DNA of 64,000 bases from an uncultured Bacteroidales bacterium (GTDB taxonomy: Bacteria; Bacteroidota; Bacteroidia; Bacteroidales; UBA932), in contig CALUSC010000006.1 of the NCBI GenBank assembly GCA_944323345.1, positions 17,539 to 81,538 on the forward strand, written 5' to 3'. Each line of letters begins with the position of its first letter. Position 1 is the stretch's first letter. Made by a program: the position numbers and the translations under genes. The notes beneath the pieces are model-generated. The model had not been told where the DNA came from. It ran no database searches and saw nothing but the letters and a program-made list of their open reading frames with translations. Shown piece by piece: positions 1 to 9,008 of the stretch.

Positions 1-2
1 AG

Positions 3-563
3 GAAACATACGATCTCGAATGGGGCGGCAAGCTCGAATTCTATAACTGTATCGTGGGCGGAGCCATCGATGCGAGATTCATGCCTGCTATCCTTAAAGG
101 TATCATGGACAAGATGAACGAAGGCCCTCTTACAGGATCGCTTGCGCGTGATATCAGGGTCTATGTCTATGACGGTAAGATGCATCCGGTGGATTCCAAT
201 GAAATCTCTTTCGTGCTTGCGGCGAGGAATGCATTCAAGGAAGCGTTCCGCAATGCCGGACCGAAGATTATGGAGCCTATCTACAATGTCGAAGTGATGA
301 CGCCGAGTGCTTATATGGGTTCATGCATGTCCGATCTGCAGAACCGCAGGGCTATCATTGAAGGAATGGGCAACGACAGAGGTTTCGACACCATAAAGGC
401 CAGAGTACCTCTTGCCGAACTGTACAAGTATTCTACGACCCTGAGTTCGCTGACATCAGGAAGTGCTACGTTTACCATGGAATTTGCCGACTATCAGCCG
501 GTACCGGGTGATGTTCAGGAGAAACTCCTCAAGGCATACATGGAACAGGAAAAGGACGAATAG
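3..563 (+). CDS. fusA2: Elongation factor G paralogue (EF-G2), C-terminal part; 5' end outside window
   Basis: The frame is open from position 3 (ETYDLEWGGKLEFYNCIVGGAIDARF...). It has EF-G domain IV/V motifs DGKMHPVDSNEISF and EPIYNVEV. The WGGKL and AIDARF segments resemble the Bacteroides second EF-G rather than the canonical fusA. Confidence 0.8.
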   Translation, partial: ETYDLEWGGKLEFYNCIVGGAIDARFMPAILKGIMDKMNEGPLTGSLARDIRVYVYDGKMHPVDSNEISFVLAARNAFKEAFRNAGPKIMEPIYNVEVMTPSAYMGSCMSDLQNRRAIIEGMGNDRGFDTIKARVPLAELYKYSTTLSSLTSGSATFTMEFADYQPVPGDVQEKLLKAYMEQEKDE

Positions 564-592
564 AAATTTTTCTTGCCTGAAAAGAATTTATA

Positions 593-635
593 TGCCGGCC
601 TGTCGATCCGCGTAAGGATTCCAGACAGGCCGGCA
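593..635. terminator. Intrinsic terminator hairpin between convergent fusA2 and proA
   Basis: 12-bp stem TGCCGGCCTGTC / GACAGGCCGGCA followed by CATTTT. Confidence 0.75.
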
Positions 636-689
636 CATTTTATTCTATTCCGTCGAATGCGTATTCAGCTACATTGAAGCCTGGCGTCG

Positions 690-1955
690 TTATTTCGGAC
701 GGATCTGTCCGTCGCCGGTGATTACGTATTTGTAGGTATTCAGTTCGGGGAGAGCCATGGGGCCTCGTGCATGGAGCTTCTGGGTACTGATGCCGATTTC
801 CGCGCCGAACCCGAACTGGGCGCCGTCAGTAAATGCAGTGGACACGTTCGCATAGACACATGCCGCGTCTGTCTTTTTCAGGAACAGATCAGCGGTTTCA
901 GGGTTTTCCGTAATGATGGCCTCGCTGTGTCTGGAAGAATATTTCGCGATATGTTCCAGTGCTTCCTCCAGGCTGTCCACTGTCCGTACAGCCATCCTGT
1001 AAGACAGAAATTCCGTTCCGAAACTGTCTTCGACGGCATGTTCCAGCAGCTGTGCGGGATAGTTCTCGTCTAAAGCGGCGTATGCTGCCTCATCCGCGAA
1101 AATCAGGACGCCGGCATCAGCCAGACCGCTGCATAGTCCCGGAAGATCGAAAAGCCTGTCCTTATGGATAATCAGGCAGTCCAGGGCATTGCATACGCTG
1201 ACCCTGCGTGTCTTGGCATTCGTGATGATGGCAGCGCCCTTGTCCAGATCCCCGTCCTTGTCGAAATAAGTGTGGCATATTCCGGCTCCTGTTTCGATGA
1301 CCGGGACAGACGCATTCTTCCTGACGAAGTCGATCAGACCTTTGCTCCCGCGCGGAATCACCAGATCCACTTCTCCTACGGCTCCGAGCAGGGCTGCCGA
1401 AGACTCCCGTCCAGCAGGCATGAGAATCACAGTGTTTTCATCGAATCCATGTTCTGCCAGCACGGAACGGATAAGTCCTGTTATCGCGCTGTTGGAGTTC
1501 TGCGCATCGCTTCCTCCTTTGAGAATGCACGCATTCCCTGACTTTACACACAGGGAAAACACATCGAAACTTACATTCGGCCGGGCTTCATAAATGATTC
1601 CTATCACCCCGAACGGGACACTGACTTTTCTGATGACCATGCCGTTCGGACGTACGGTTTCGCTCAGGATACGGCCTGCCGGCGAAGGAAGCGAAGCCAC
1701 ATTTCTCATGTCGGCCGCTATGCTTTCGAGCCTCTTGCCGTCCAGTTTAAGTCTGTCATACATCGGATTGTCCTGCGACATCCGGGCAAGATCTTCGGAA
1801 TTGGCCTCCAGCAGCTCATCACTGTGCCTGATTATTTCATCTGCCAGGTCCAGAAGCATCCGGCTTATCTTTTCGTCGCTTTCAGACGCCAGTCCGGCTG
1901 CAGCCTTGCGTGCAGCTCTGAACAGCGTAGTGTAGTCAGTCTCTGTCATATCCAT
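690..1955 (-). CDS. proA: Gamma-glutamyl phosphate reductase
   Basis: Motifs [54 protein letters not shown]. Confidence 0.97.
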   Translation of the reverse strand: MDMTETDYTTLFRAARKAAAGLASESDEKISRMLLDLADEIIRHSDELLEANSEDLARMSQDNPMYDRLKLDGKRLESIAADMRNVASLPSPAGRILSETVRPNGMVIRKVSVPFGVIGIIYEARPNVSFDVFSLCVKSGNACILKGGSDAQNSNSAITGLIRSVLAEHGFDENTVILMPAGRESSAALLGAVGEVDLVIPRGSKGLIDFVRKNASVPVIETGAGICHTYFDKDGDLDKGAAIITNAKTRRVSVCNALDCLIIHKDRLFDLPGLCSGLADAGVLIFADEAAYAALDENYPAQLLEHAVEDSFGTEFLSYRMAVRTVDSLEEALEHIAKYSSRHSEAIITENPETADLFLKKTDAACVYANVSTAFTDGAQFGFGAEIGISTQKLHARGPMALPELNTYKYVITGDGQIRPK

Positions 1956-1969
1956 ATTAAGTACCGGCT

Positions 1970-3049
1970 TTATTCCATGTAAAGATAGTCATAATGTATA
2001 AGCGGCTTCCTGCCTTTCATCCCTATGCACTCCGAAGCACGGGCGCTGTCCATCGATACTTTCCCCATTCCGATGGTCTTTCCTTCCGGCGACAGGATAA
2101 GGACTATATCCCCTTTTTCGAAGTCGCCCTCCACCGATGTCACGCCCACTGGCAGAAGACTGGATGCTTTCTCTCCGGCCAGAGCCAGCATCGCCCCCTC
2201 ATTGATGCGTATTTTCCCTTTCGCGAACCCGTCGGAGTGCGCTATCCATTTCTTTATGTGTGAGATAGGCCGTTCGGCAGGTATAAACCGCGTACAGTCC
2301 GATGATTTGTGCAGGAGTATCTCCTGCAATATGTCTTTTTTCTTGCCGTTGGCAATGACCACTTCGATTCCCTCATCCGCCACCTTGGCCGCAATCCTGT
2401 ATTTGGTAAGCATGCCTCCACGGCCGAAACTCGATTTCCCGGTGCCGATAAATCCGGAAACATTGTCTCCGGGACGGATTTCCTTTATTACGGAACTGCC
2501 GGGGCTGTCCGGATTCCCGTTATAGATCCCGTCTACATTGCTGAGAATGACCAGGCAGTCTGCATTCATCATCGATGCGACCATGCCGGACAATTCATCA
2601 TTGTCAGTGAACATCAGTTCAGTGACGGAAATAGTGTCGTTTTCGTTTATTACCGGGATGACGCCGTTTTCCAGCATTACAGTCATGCAGTTCATCTGGT
2701 TCAGATAATGGTCCCGTGTGGAAAGGCTTTCTTTCGTCGTCAGGACCTGTCCGCACACTATCCCGTGCCTGTCGAAAAGTTCGTAATATCTGTTTATAAG
2801 CCGTGCCTGCCCCACCGAAGAGTACAGCTGGCGCGCCGAGACGGAATCCAGTTTCCGCAGGCTTCTGACGATGCTCCGGCCGGATGCCACTGCACCGGAA
2901 GATACCAGAATGACTTCGATGCCTGCATTCCGCAGCGAGGCTATCTGGTCTACAATGCTTTCCATGACTCCCGAATCCAGCATCGAGTCACGGCCAGTCA
3001 GGACATTGCTGCCCACTTTTATTACTGCTCTTACCGATTTTTCTGCCAT
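1970..3049 (-). CDS. proB: Glutamate 5-kinase with C-terminal PUA domain
   Basis: [26 protein letters not shown]...[16 protein letters not shown]. Confidence 0.97.
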   Translation of the reverse strand: MAEKSVRAVIKVGSNVLTGRDSMLDSGVMESIVDQIASLRNAGIEVILVSSGAVASGRSIVRSLRKLDSVSARQLYSSVGQARLINRYYELFDRHGIVCGQVLTTKESLSTRDHYLNQMNCMTVMLENGVIPVINENDTISVTELMFTDNDELSGMVASMMNADCLVILSNVDGIYNGNPDSPGSSVIKEIRPGDNVSGFIGTGKSSFGRGGMLTKYRIAAKVADEGIEVVIANGKKKDILQEILLHKSSDCTRFIPAERPISHIKKWIAHSDGFAKGKIRINEGAMLALAGEKASSLLPVGVTSVEGDFEKGDIVLILSPEGKTIGMGKVSMDSARASECIGMKGRKPLIHYDYLYME

Positions 3050-3050
3050 G

Positions 3051-3854
3051 TCACATACTTTTCAGCAATCCCTGCAGGACCGCTTCCGAAAATCCGTTTT
3101 CCTCCATAGCCGCCAGTCCTTTGGCCGTATAGCCGCCGGGGGTGGTCACCTTGTCTATCTCCTGCTGCGGCATGGTCCCTCCGGCATCCAGAAGCGCAAG
3201 AGCCCCTTTCATCGTGCCGAGAACTATCTGTCGCGCTTCCTTTTCCGTGAATCCTGTCCTCACACCGCCGGAAATGGCTGCATCGATGTATTTCAGTGCG
3301 TATGCTATCCCGCATGATGCCAGAGCCGTACCCGCGGCCATCATTTCTTCCTTCACTTCCAGGACAGTCCCCATCCGGCCGAACATTCCGCAGACTTCTT
3401 CACGGATCCCGTCACTGACGCGGCAGGAAGCTATGAATGTAGTGCTCTGTCCCAGAGCAATGGCCGTATTCGGTATTATCCGCATCAGTGCTGGGACTTC
3501 GTCCCCGTCCTTACGGAGCCATCCTGTCCATTCTCCGAAACTGACGCCGGCGACTACGGAGGCTATGGTACAGCGGGAATAGTCGGCGTGCGGCCTGATT
3601 TCTTTTGCGACATCTTCGGCCTGCCACGGCTTGACGGCAATGATGACAAGATCGGACCCTTCAGCAGCTACGGCATTGTCGGAAGAAGTCCGGATGCCCG
3701 GATAAGCCGCACTGAGCCGGTCGAGGGTGGCTTGCGTCCTGGCGGTGACAGTGATATTGTCCGGACGGACAGTCCCGTTCTTTATCAGGCCTCCGGCTAT
3801 GGCGCCGCCCATGTTTCCGGCGCCTATGATGCATATTCTGTCGATGTTACGCAT
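3051..3854 (-). CDS. proC: Pyrroline-5-carboxylate reductase
   Basis: IIGAGNMGGAI, IAVKPW, RIIPNT, VTTPGGYT. Confidence 0.96.
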   Translation of the reverse strand: MRNIDRICIIGAGNMGGAIAGGLIKNGTVRPDNITVTARTQATLDRLSAAYPGIRTSSDNAVAAEGSDLVIIAVKPWQAEDVAKEIRPHADYSRCTIASVVAGVSFGEWTGWLRKDGDEVPALMRIIPNTAIALGQSTTFIASCRVSDGIREEVCGMFGRMGTVLEVKEEMMAAGTALASCGIAYALKYIDAAISGGVRTGFTEKEARQIVLGTMKGALALLDAGGTMPQQEIDKVTTPGGYTAKGLAAMEENGFSEAVLQGLLKSM

Positions 3855-5163
3855 GTTCTGCCCGGCTTTCGAGGTACTTCCTGAAACTTCCGAAATCGTT
3901 CGGCATCCTGACGGATTTCTTCTCGTTTTTCATGAATTCCTGCAGTTTCGGAGGGATTTCCACCGCCTGTCCGAGAGTCTCTTCCACAGTGTCCTTGAAT
4001 TTGGCAGGATGTGCGGTTTCCAGGAACACTCCGGTTTCTTCAGGCCGGATGTTGTCTGCCAGCCCCTGGTATCCGCACGCTCCGTGGGGGTCCAGGACAT
4101 AACCGTATTTTCTGAAAACCTCTGAAATGGTATTTCTTATGTCTTCGTCAGTATATCTGCATCCCGTGATGTCTTTTCTGACCGCATCGGCTGAATTTCC
4201 ATAGAGATCCATGATGCGGGCGAAATTGCTCGGATCCCCGACGTCCATGGCATTGGCTATGGTCTGTACGGATGCCCTCGGCCTGTACATGCCTGTCCGG
4301 AGATATTCGAGGAACACGTCATTGCGGTTGTTGGCGGCGATGAATCTTTTGACAGGCAGCCCCATCCTCCATGCCATGAGACCGGCCGTGATATTGCCGA
4401 AATTGCCGCTCGGTACACAGAAAACCACATTGTCGGCCTTGCCGGCTCTTTTCAGCTGAGCGTAGGCGTGGAAATAATAGAAAGACTGGGGGAGGAAGCG
4501 TGCGACGTTTATGGAGTTGGCTGATGTCAGTGTCAGGAGTCCGTTCAGGCCTTCATCCATAAAGGCGGATTTCACAAGTCTCTGGCAGTCATCGAAATTT
4601 CCTGCTATTTCCAGAGCCGTGACGTTCTGTCCGAGAGTGGTGAACTGCTTTTCCTGGATTTCGCTGACCTTGCCTTCGGGATACAGGACGATGACATCTA
4701 TCCCGTCTACGCCGAGAAACCCGTTGGCGACGGCGCTTCCGGTGTCACCTGATGTCGCTACCAGTACGGTCACTTTCTTTTTGCCGCCTTCCCTGGCTAT
4801 GAAATATGAAAGCATTCTGGCCATGAAGCGTCCGCCGACATCCTTGAAGGCGAGTGTCGGTCCGTGGAAAAGTTCCAGAGACCATATATTGTCGTGCACA
4901 TTGACCACGGGAGTGTCGAAACTCAGTGTGTCACAGACTATTTTCTTCAGATCTGCCTGAGGGATGTCATCTCCGAAGAACGCTTCCGCTACCGCTGCGG
5001 CAGTTTCGTGGAAGTCCATGTCCGCGATGTTTTCGAAGAATGTTTCAGGGAGACGCATGATGCGTTCAGGCATGTAGAGGCCCTTGTCCGGGGCCAGTCC
5101 CTTTTTCACCGCATCTGCCAGTGAGGCCAGAGGAGCCTGGCGGTTGGTGCTGTAGTATTTCAT
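3847..5163 (-). CDS. thrC: Threonine synthase
   Basis: LELFHGPTLAFKD (PLP lysine), ATSGDTGSA, SANSINVAR, VPSGNFGN, ETAHPAKF. Confidence 0.97.
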   Translation of the reverse strand: MKYYSTNRQAPLASLADAVKKGLAPDKGLYMPERIMRLPETFFENIADMDFHETAAAVAEAFFGDDIPQADLKKIVCDTLSFDTPVVNVHDNIWSLELFHGPTLAFKDVGGRFMARMLSYFIAREGGKKKVTVLVATSGDTGSAVANGFLGVDGIDVIVLYPEGKVSEIQEKQFTTLGQNVTALEIAGNFDDCQRLVKSAFMDEGLNGLLTLTSANSINVARFLPQSFYYFHAYAQLKRAGKADNVVFCVPSGNFGNITAGLMAWRMGLPVKRFIAANNRNDVFLEYLRTGMYRPRASVQTIANAMDVGDPSNFARIMDLYGNSADAVRKDITGCRYTDEDIRNTISEVFRKYGYVLDPHGACGYQGLADNIRPEETGVFLETAHPAKFKDTVEETLGQAVEIPPKLQEFMKNEKKSVRMPNDFGSFRKYLESRAEHA

Positions 5164-5181
5164 ATCAGGTTCGTTTTAATG

Positions 5182-6396
5182 TCATTCTCCGTTGAGGAAG
5201 AGTTCGATGAACTGCCTTCCGGCGATAAGTCCGTAGCTTCCGTCTTTTGCAGACATTTCATCGAATCTTGAGACGCTGTCGCTGCTACCGTTTGTCCTGT
5301 ATATGGCAAACGGTATGGGTGCGGCAGTATGGGTGCGGATGGCGCACGGAGTCGGATGATCAGGCAATATGGCGACAGATACGTCTTCGTCCCATGTCCT
5401 TATTTCTTCCAGTATCGGTTTCACTATCCTGTCATTCAGATAGCGTATGGTAAGTATTTTCAGCTCCGGATCTCCGTCATGCCCGGCTTCGTCGCTCGCT
5501 TCCAGATGCAGGAATACGAAATCCTGTCTTTTGAGCGCGTCTATTGCCGCCGCGGCCTTTCCCTCATAATTGGTGTCGTAAAGTCCTGTGGCCCCTTCCA
5601 CTTCTATCGGATCCAGCCCGGCATATACGCCTATGCCCTTTATGAGATCCACGGCGGAAATCACGGAGCCGCTTCTGATCTGCGGGAACTGCGCTGACAG
5701 AGGCTGCATTTTCGGCCTGTATCCCGGAGACCATAGCCAGATACTGTTGGCGATGTCTTTGCCCGCATTCGCGCGGGCAATATTGACAGGATGCCGTGGA
5801 AGTATTTCCATGGATGCGAGAATCAGCGCGTTGAGCTTCTTGGCCGTGTCCCGGCTTCCTTCTCCGTCAGGTTTTACCAGATATTCTCCGAATTCTTCTC
5901 CGATGATATCGTGCGGAGGTGTCGTGATGATGTGCTTGTTCCCTCCTTTCATCTTGAGCAGATGTCTGTAGGAAACTCCCGGGAAGAAGTTTACGTCTCC
6001 GCCTCCGAGTTCCTGCTGCAGGTATTTTATGAGCTCCGCGGCTTCTTCGGAACTTATCTGGCCGCCGGAGTGGTTCTTTATCCTGCCGTTTTCGACAGTG
6101 ATGAGGTTGCAGCGCATGGCCATTTCATTGTCCCCGATAGGGACACCCATGCTGGCCGCTTCGAGGGAGCCGCGTCCTTCGAAGACTTCCGGAAGATTAT
6201 AGCCGAGTATCGCCAGGTTCGCGATTTCACTGCCAGGGGCGAACCCTTGCGGAATAGTATCCAGCAGGCCGTTGCGGCCATGGGCGGCAAGCCAGTCCAT
6301 TTCAGCCTTAGGTGCGGCCTGGAGAGGTGTCCTGCCTCCTAATGACGGAACAGGCTCGTCAGCCATTCCGTCACCCAATATTATCAGGTATTTCAT
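5182..6396 (-). CDS. Cofactor-independent phosphoglycerate mutase family protein (ApgM-like; proposed homoserine kinase when inside thr operons)
   Basis: ILGDGMADEP, APGSEIAN, GRGSLEAAS, HLEASDEAGHDG, LPDHPTP; sits between thrA and thrC. Confidence 0.9.
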   Translation of the reverse strand: MKYLIILGDGMADEPVPSLGGRTPLQAAPKAEMDWLAAHGRNGLLDTIPQGFAPGSEIANLAILGYNLPEVFEGRGSLEAASMGVPIGDNEMAMRCNLITVENGRIKNHSGGQISSEEAAELIKYLQQELGGGDVNFFPGVSYRHLLKMKGGNKHIITTPPHDIIGEEFGEYLVKPDGEGSRDTAKKLNALILASMEILPRHPVNIARANAGKDIANSIWLWSPGYRPKMQPLSAQFPQIRSGSVISAVDLIKGIGVYAGLDPIEVEGATGLYDTNYEGKAAAAIDALKRQDFVFLHLEASDEAGHDGDPELKILTIRYLNDRIVKPILEEIRTWDEDVSVAILPDHPTPCAIRTHTAAPIPFAIYRTNGSSDSVSRFDEMSAKDGSYGLIAGRQFIELFLNGE

Positions 6397-6397
6397 G

Positions 6398-8836
6398 TCA
6401 GCGGATGTTGGCGATGCTGATGATGTCGGCGAATACGCCTGCGGCAGTCACGCTTGCTCCGGCACCGTATCCCTTGATCTGCATCGGATATTCCTTGTAT
6501 CTTTCTGTAGTTATGAGGATGACGTTGTTGCTTCCCGCCAGATGGTAGAAAGGGCTTTCCCTGTCCACTTCCTTGAGGCCGACTTCTGTCCTGCCGTTTT
6601 CCATCGTGGCCACGAATCTCCAGCATTTCCCTTCTGCGGCGAGAACCTTGCGGCGCTGTTCGAATTCCGCGTCCAGTTCCGGAATGGTGTTCCAGAATTC
6701 TTCGAGGGAGCCGTTGAAATATTTTTCAGGGATGAAAAGGTTTTTCCTGACGTCTTCCTGCTCCACATGATATCCCGCTTCGCGCGACAATATCACCAGT
6801 TTCCTTATGACGTCCGTGCCGCTGAGGTCGATTCTCGGATCCGGTTCCGCATATCCGGCTTCCTTCGCCATTCTTATGGCCTGGCTCAGAGGTACATCCT
6901 CGTTCATTTCGTTGAATATGAAATTCAGCGTTCCGGATACTACAGCTTCTATCTTCAGAATCTTGTCCCCGCTGTTTATGAGGCTGCTTATGGTATTGAT
7001 TATCGGGAGGCCAGCCCCGACGTTCGTTTCGAACAGATATTTGACTCCGCGTTTTCTGGCAGTCTCCTTGAGCTCATGGTATTTCCCGTATTCCGACGAG
7101 GCCGCGATCTTGTTGGCAGCCACTACCGATACGTTATGGTCGAGAAGGCTCTGGTATATGCCGGCCACCTCGGCACTGGCGGTACAGTCCACGAATACGG
7201 AATTGAACATATTCATTCCCAGTATCTCGTCCCTGAAGATTTCAGGCGAGGTGGAGATTTCGGAACTGTTCAGTCTTTCCGCATAGGTATCCAGGTCTAT
7301 GCCTTCCCGGTCTATGATGTACCTCCGCGAATTTGTGATTCCTATGACTTTTATCTGCAGGGACTTCTCTTTCATGAGCTTCTCCTGCTGCATCTTTATC
7401 TGGCTTATGAGGTTGCTGCCGACGAGTCCGTTTCCTGCCAGGAACAGATTCAGTACCTGATAGTCAGACAGGAAGAACGAGTCGTGTATCACGTTGAGGG
7501 CCTTTCTCAGGCTGTCGATGGAAATGACGAACGAAATATTCGTCTCTGATGCACCCTGGGCGCAGGCTATCACATTGATACCGTTCCTTCCGAGCGTACC
7601 GAACAGTTTGCCGGCGATTCCGGGTGTGTGCTTCATGTTTTCCCCCACGATGGCGACGGTGGCGAGATTCCTTTCCTGTTTGATACGGTTTATCTCACCC
7701 ATTCTTATTTCCTGGGCGAATTCTTCGGAAAGCACTTCTATGGCCAGATCCGCGTCCGAGTTACGGACACCGATGGATGTAGTGTTTTCCGATGCGGCCT
7801 GAGAGACCAGGAAGACACTTATTCCAGATTTGGCCAGCGTCTTGAAAATCCTGTAGTTCACTCCTATGACGCCGACCATTCCGAGCCCTTGGATAGTGAT
7901 CAGGCAAGTGTCGTTTATGGACGAAATTCCCTTGATGGCCCTGCTGTGGTCGCTCGCTTCGGGATTCCTGCTGATGAATGTTCCCGGAGAGGCAGGATTG
8001 AACGTATTCTTGATTTTTATCGGGATGTTCTTGTGGTATGCCGGAAAGATGGTAGGAGGATAGATGACCTTGGCTCCGAAGTTGCACAGCTCCATGGCTT
8101 CCACGAAAGTCAGGTGCTCGATCGTATAGGCGTTGCTGATGATTTTCGGATCCGCAGTCATGAATCCGTCGACGTCCGTCCAGATTTCCAGAGTGTCTGC
8201 ATTCAGTACGGAAGCCAGCACCGAAGCGGTGTAGTCAGAGCCTCCGCGACCGAGATTGGTCACGTCTCCGTTTACTGTATCCGAACTGATGAAGCCCGGT
8301 ACAATGGCTATGTGCGGCAGTTCGGCGAATTTCTGCACTACGAGCTTTTCCGTCTCTGCGAAATCCACTATATGTTTGTTGAAATACGGTCTCGTCTTTA
8401 TGAATTCCCTGGCATCATACAGGACCGAATTTCTGATCGTTCCGTTTACAATCACAGATGACAGCCTTTCACCGTAGCTGACTATGGCATCGGCAGTCTT
8501 TGCCGACAGGTCTTTGATCAGGAAAACGCCTTTGAAGATGTTCGACAGTTCGCCGAGCATGGTTTCTAGTCTGGCCCTGACCTCAGGCAGCTTTTCAGGG
8601 ATTACCGTATCTTCCGCCTGCCTGTAGTGCCGTTCGGTGATGGCTTTAAGCTGCTCTTCATAGGCCGGATCTCCTGCAGCAGCCGTCCTGGATGTCCTGA
8701 TCAGCTGGTCCGTAATGCCTCCGAGCGCCGATACGACTACGATAATGTCATCTGAGCATGATTCGATTACGTTTTTAGCCTGAAGAAGGCCTTCGGCTGA
8801 GCCGACAGATGTTCCTCCGAATTTTAAAACTCTCAT
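6398..8836 (-). CDS. thrA: Bifunctional aspartokinase/homoserine dehydrogenase
   Basis: KFGGTSVG, LGRGGSDY, WTDVDG, two ACT domains, GNGLVG, ETNVGAGLP, GYGAGASVTAAGV. Confidence 0.97.
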   Translation of the reverse strand: MRVLKFGGTSVGSAEGLLQAKNVIESCSDDIIVVVSALGGITDQLIRTSRTAAAGDPAYEEQLKAITERHYRQAEDTVIPEKLPEVRARLETMLGELSNIFKGVFLIKDLSAKTADAIVSYGERLSSVIVNGTIRNSVLYDAREFIKTRPYFNKHIVDFAETEKLVVQKFAELPHIAIVPGFISSDTVNGDVTNLGRGGSDYTASVLASVLNADTLEIWTDVDGFMTADPKIISNAYTIEHLTFVEAMELCNFGAKVIYPPTIFPAYHKNIPIKIKNTFNPASPGTFISRNPEASDHSRAIKGISSINDTCLITIQGLGMVGVIGVNYRIFKTLAKSGISVFLVSQAASENTTSIGVRNSDADLAIEVLSEEFAQEIRMGEINRIKQERNLATVAIVGENMKHTPGIAGKLFGTLGRNGINVIACAQGASETNISFVISIDSLRKALNVIHDSFFLSDYQVLNLFLAGNGLVGSNLISQIKMQQEKLMKEKSLQIKVIGITNSRRYIIDREGIDLDTYAERLNSSEISTSPEIFRDEILGMNMFNSVFVDCTASAEVAGIYQSLLDHNVSVVAANKIAASSEYGKYHELKETARKRGVKYLFETNVGAGLPIINTISSLINSGDKILKIEAVVSGTLNFIFNEMNEDVPLSQAIRMAKEAGYAEPDPRIDLSGTDVIRKLVILSREAGYHVEQEDVRKNLFIPEKYFNGSLEEFWNTIPELDAEFEQRRKVLAAEGKCWRFVATMENGRTEVGLKEVDRESPFYHLAGSNNVILITTERYKEYPMQIKGYGAGASVTAAGVFADIISIANIR

Positions 8837-9008
8837 AGATATGGCTTGTATTAAGTTCGTTTCCGTCTTATATCCGCGTCTGCCCGTATGTTCGTTCCCT
8901 CACAATGCCTTTGGCAATCCGCAAAGGTCACAAGTTTAATAAAAAATTTCCGGATTCTGAAATTTTCAATGCTGTCGCCTGCGGAATCTCATATTTTTTT
9001 CGTGGATT

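Noticed and set aside
8837-9008. Attenuator or riboswitch upstream of thrA
   Set aside because: No Thr/Ile-rich leader ORF or terminator is present; only a short CCTTTG...CAAAGG hairpin.
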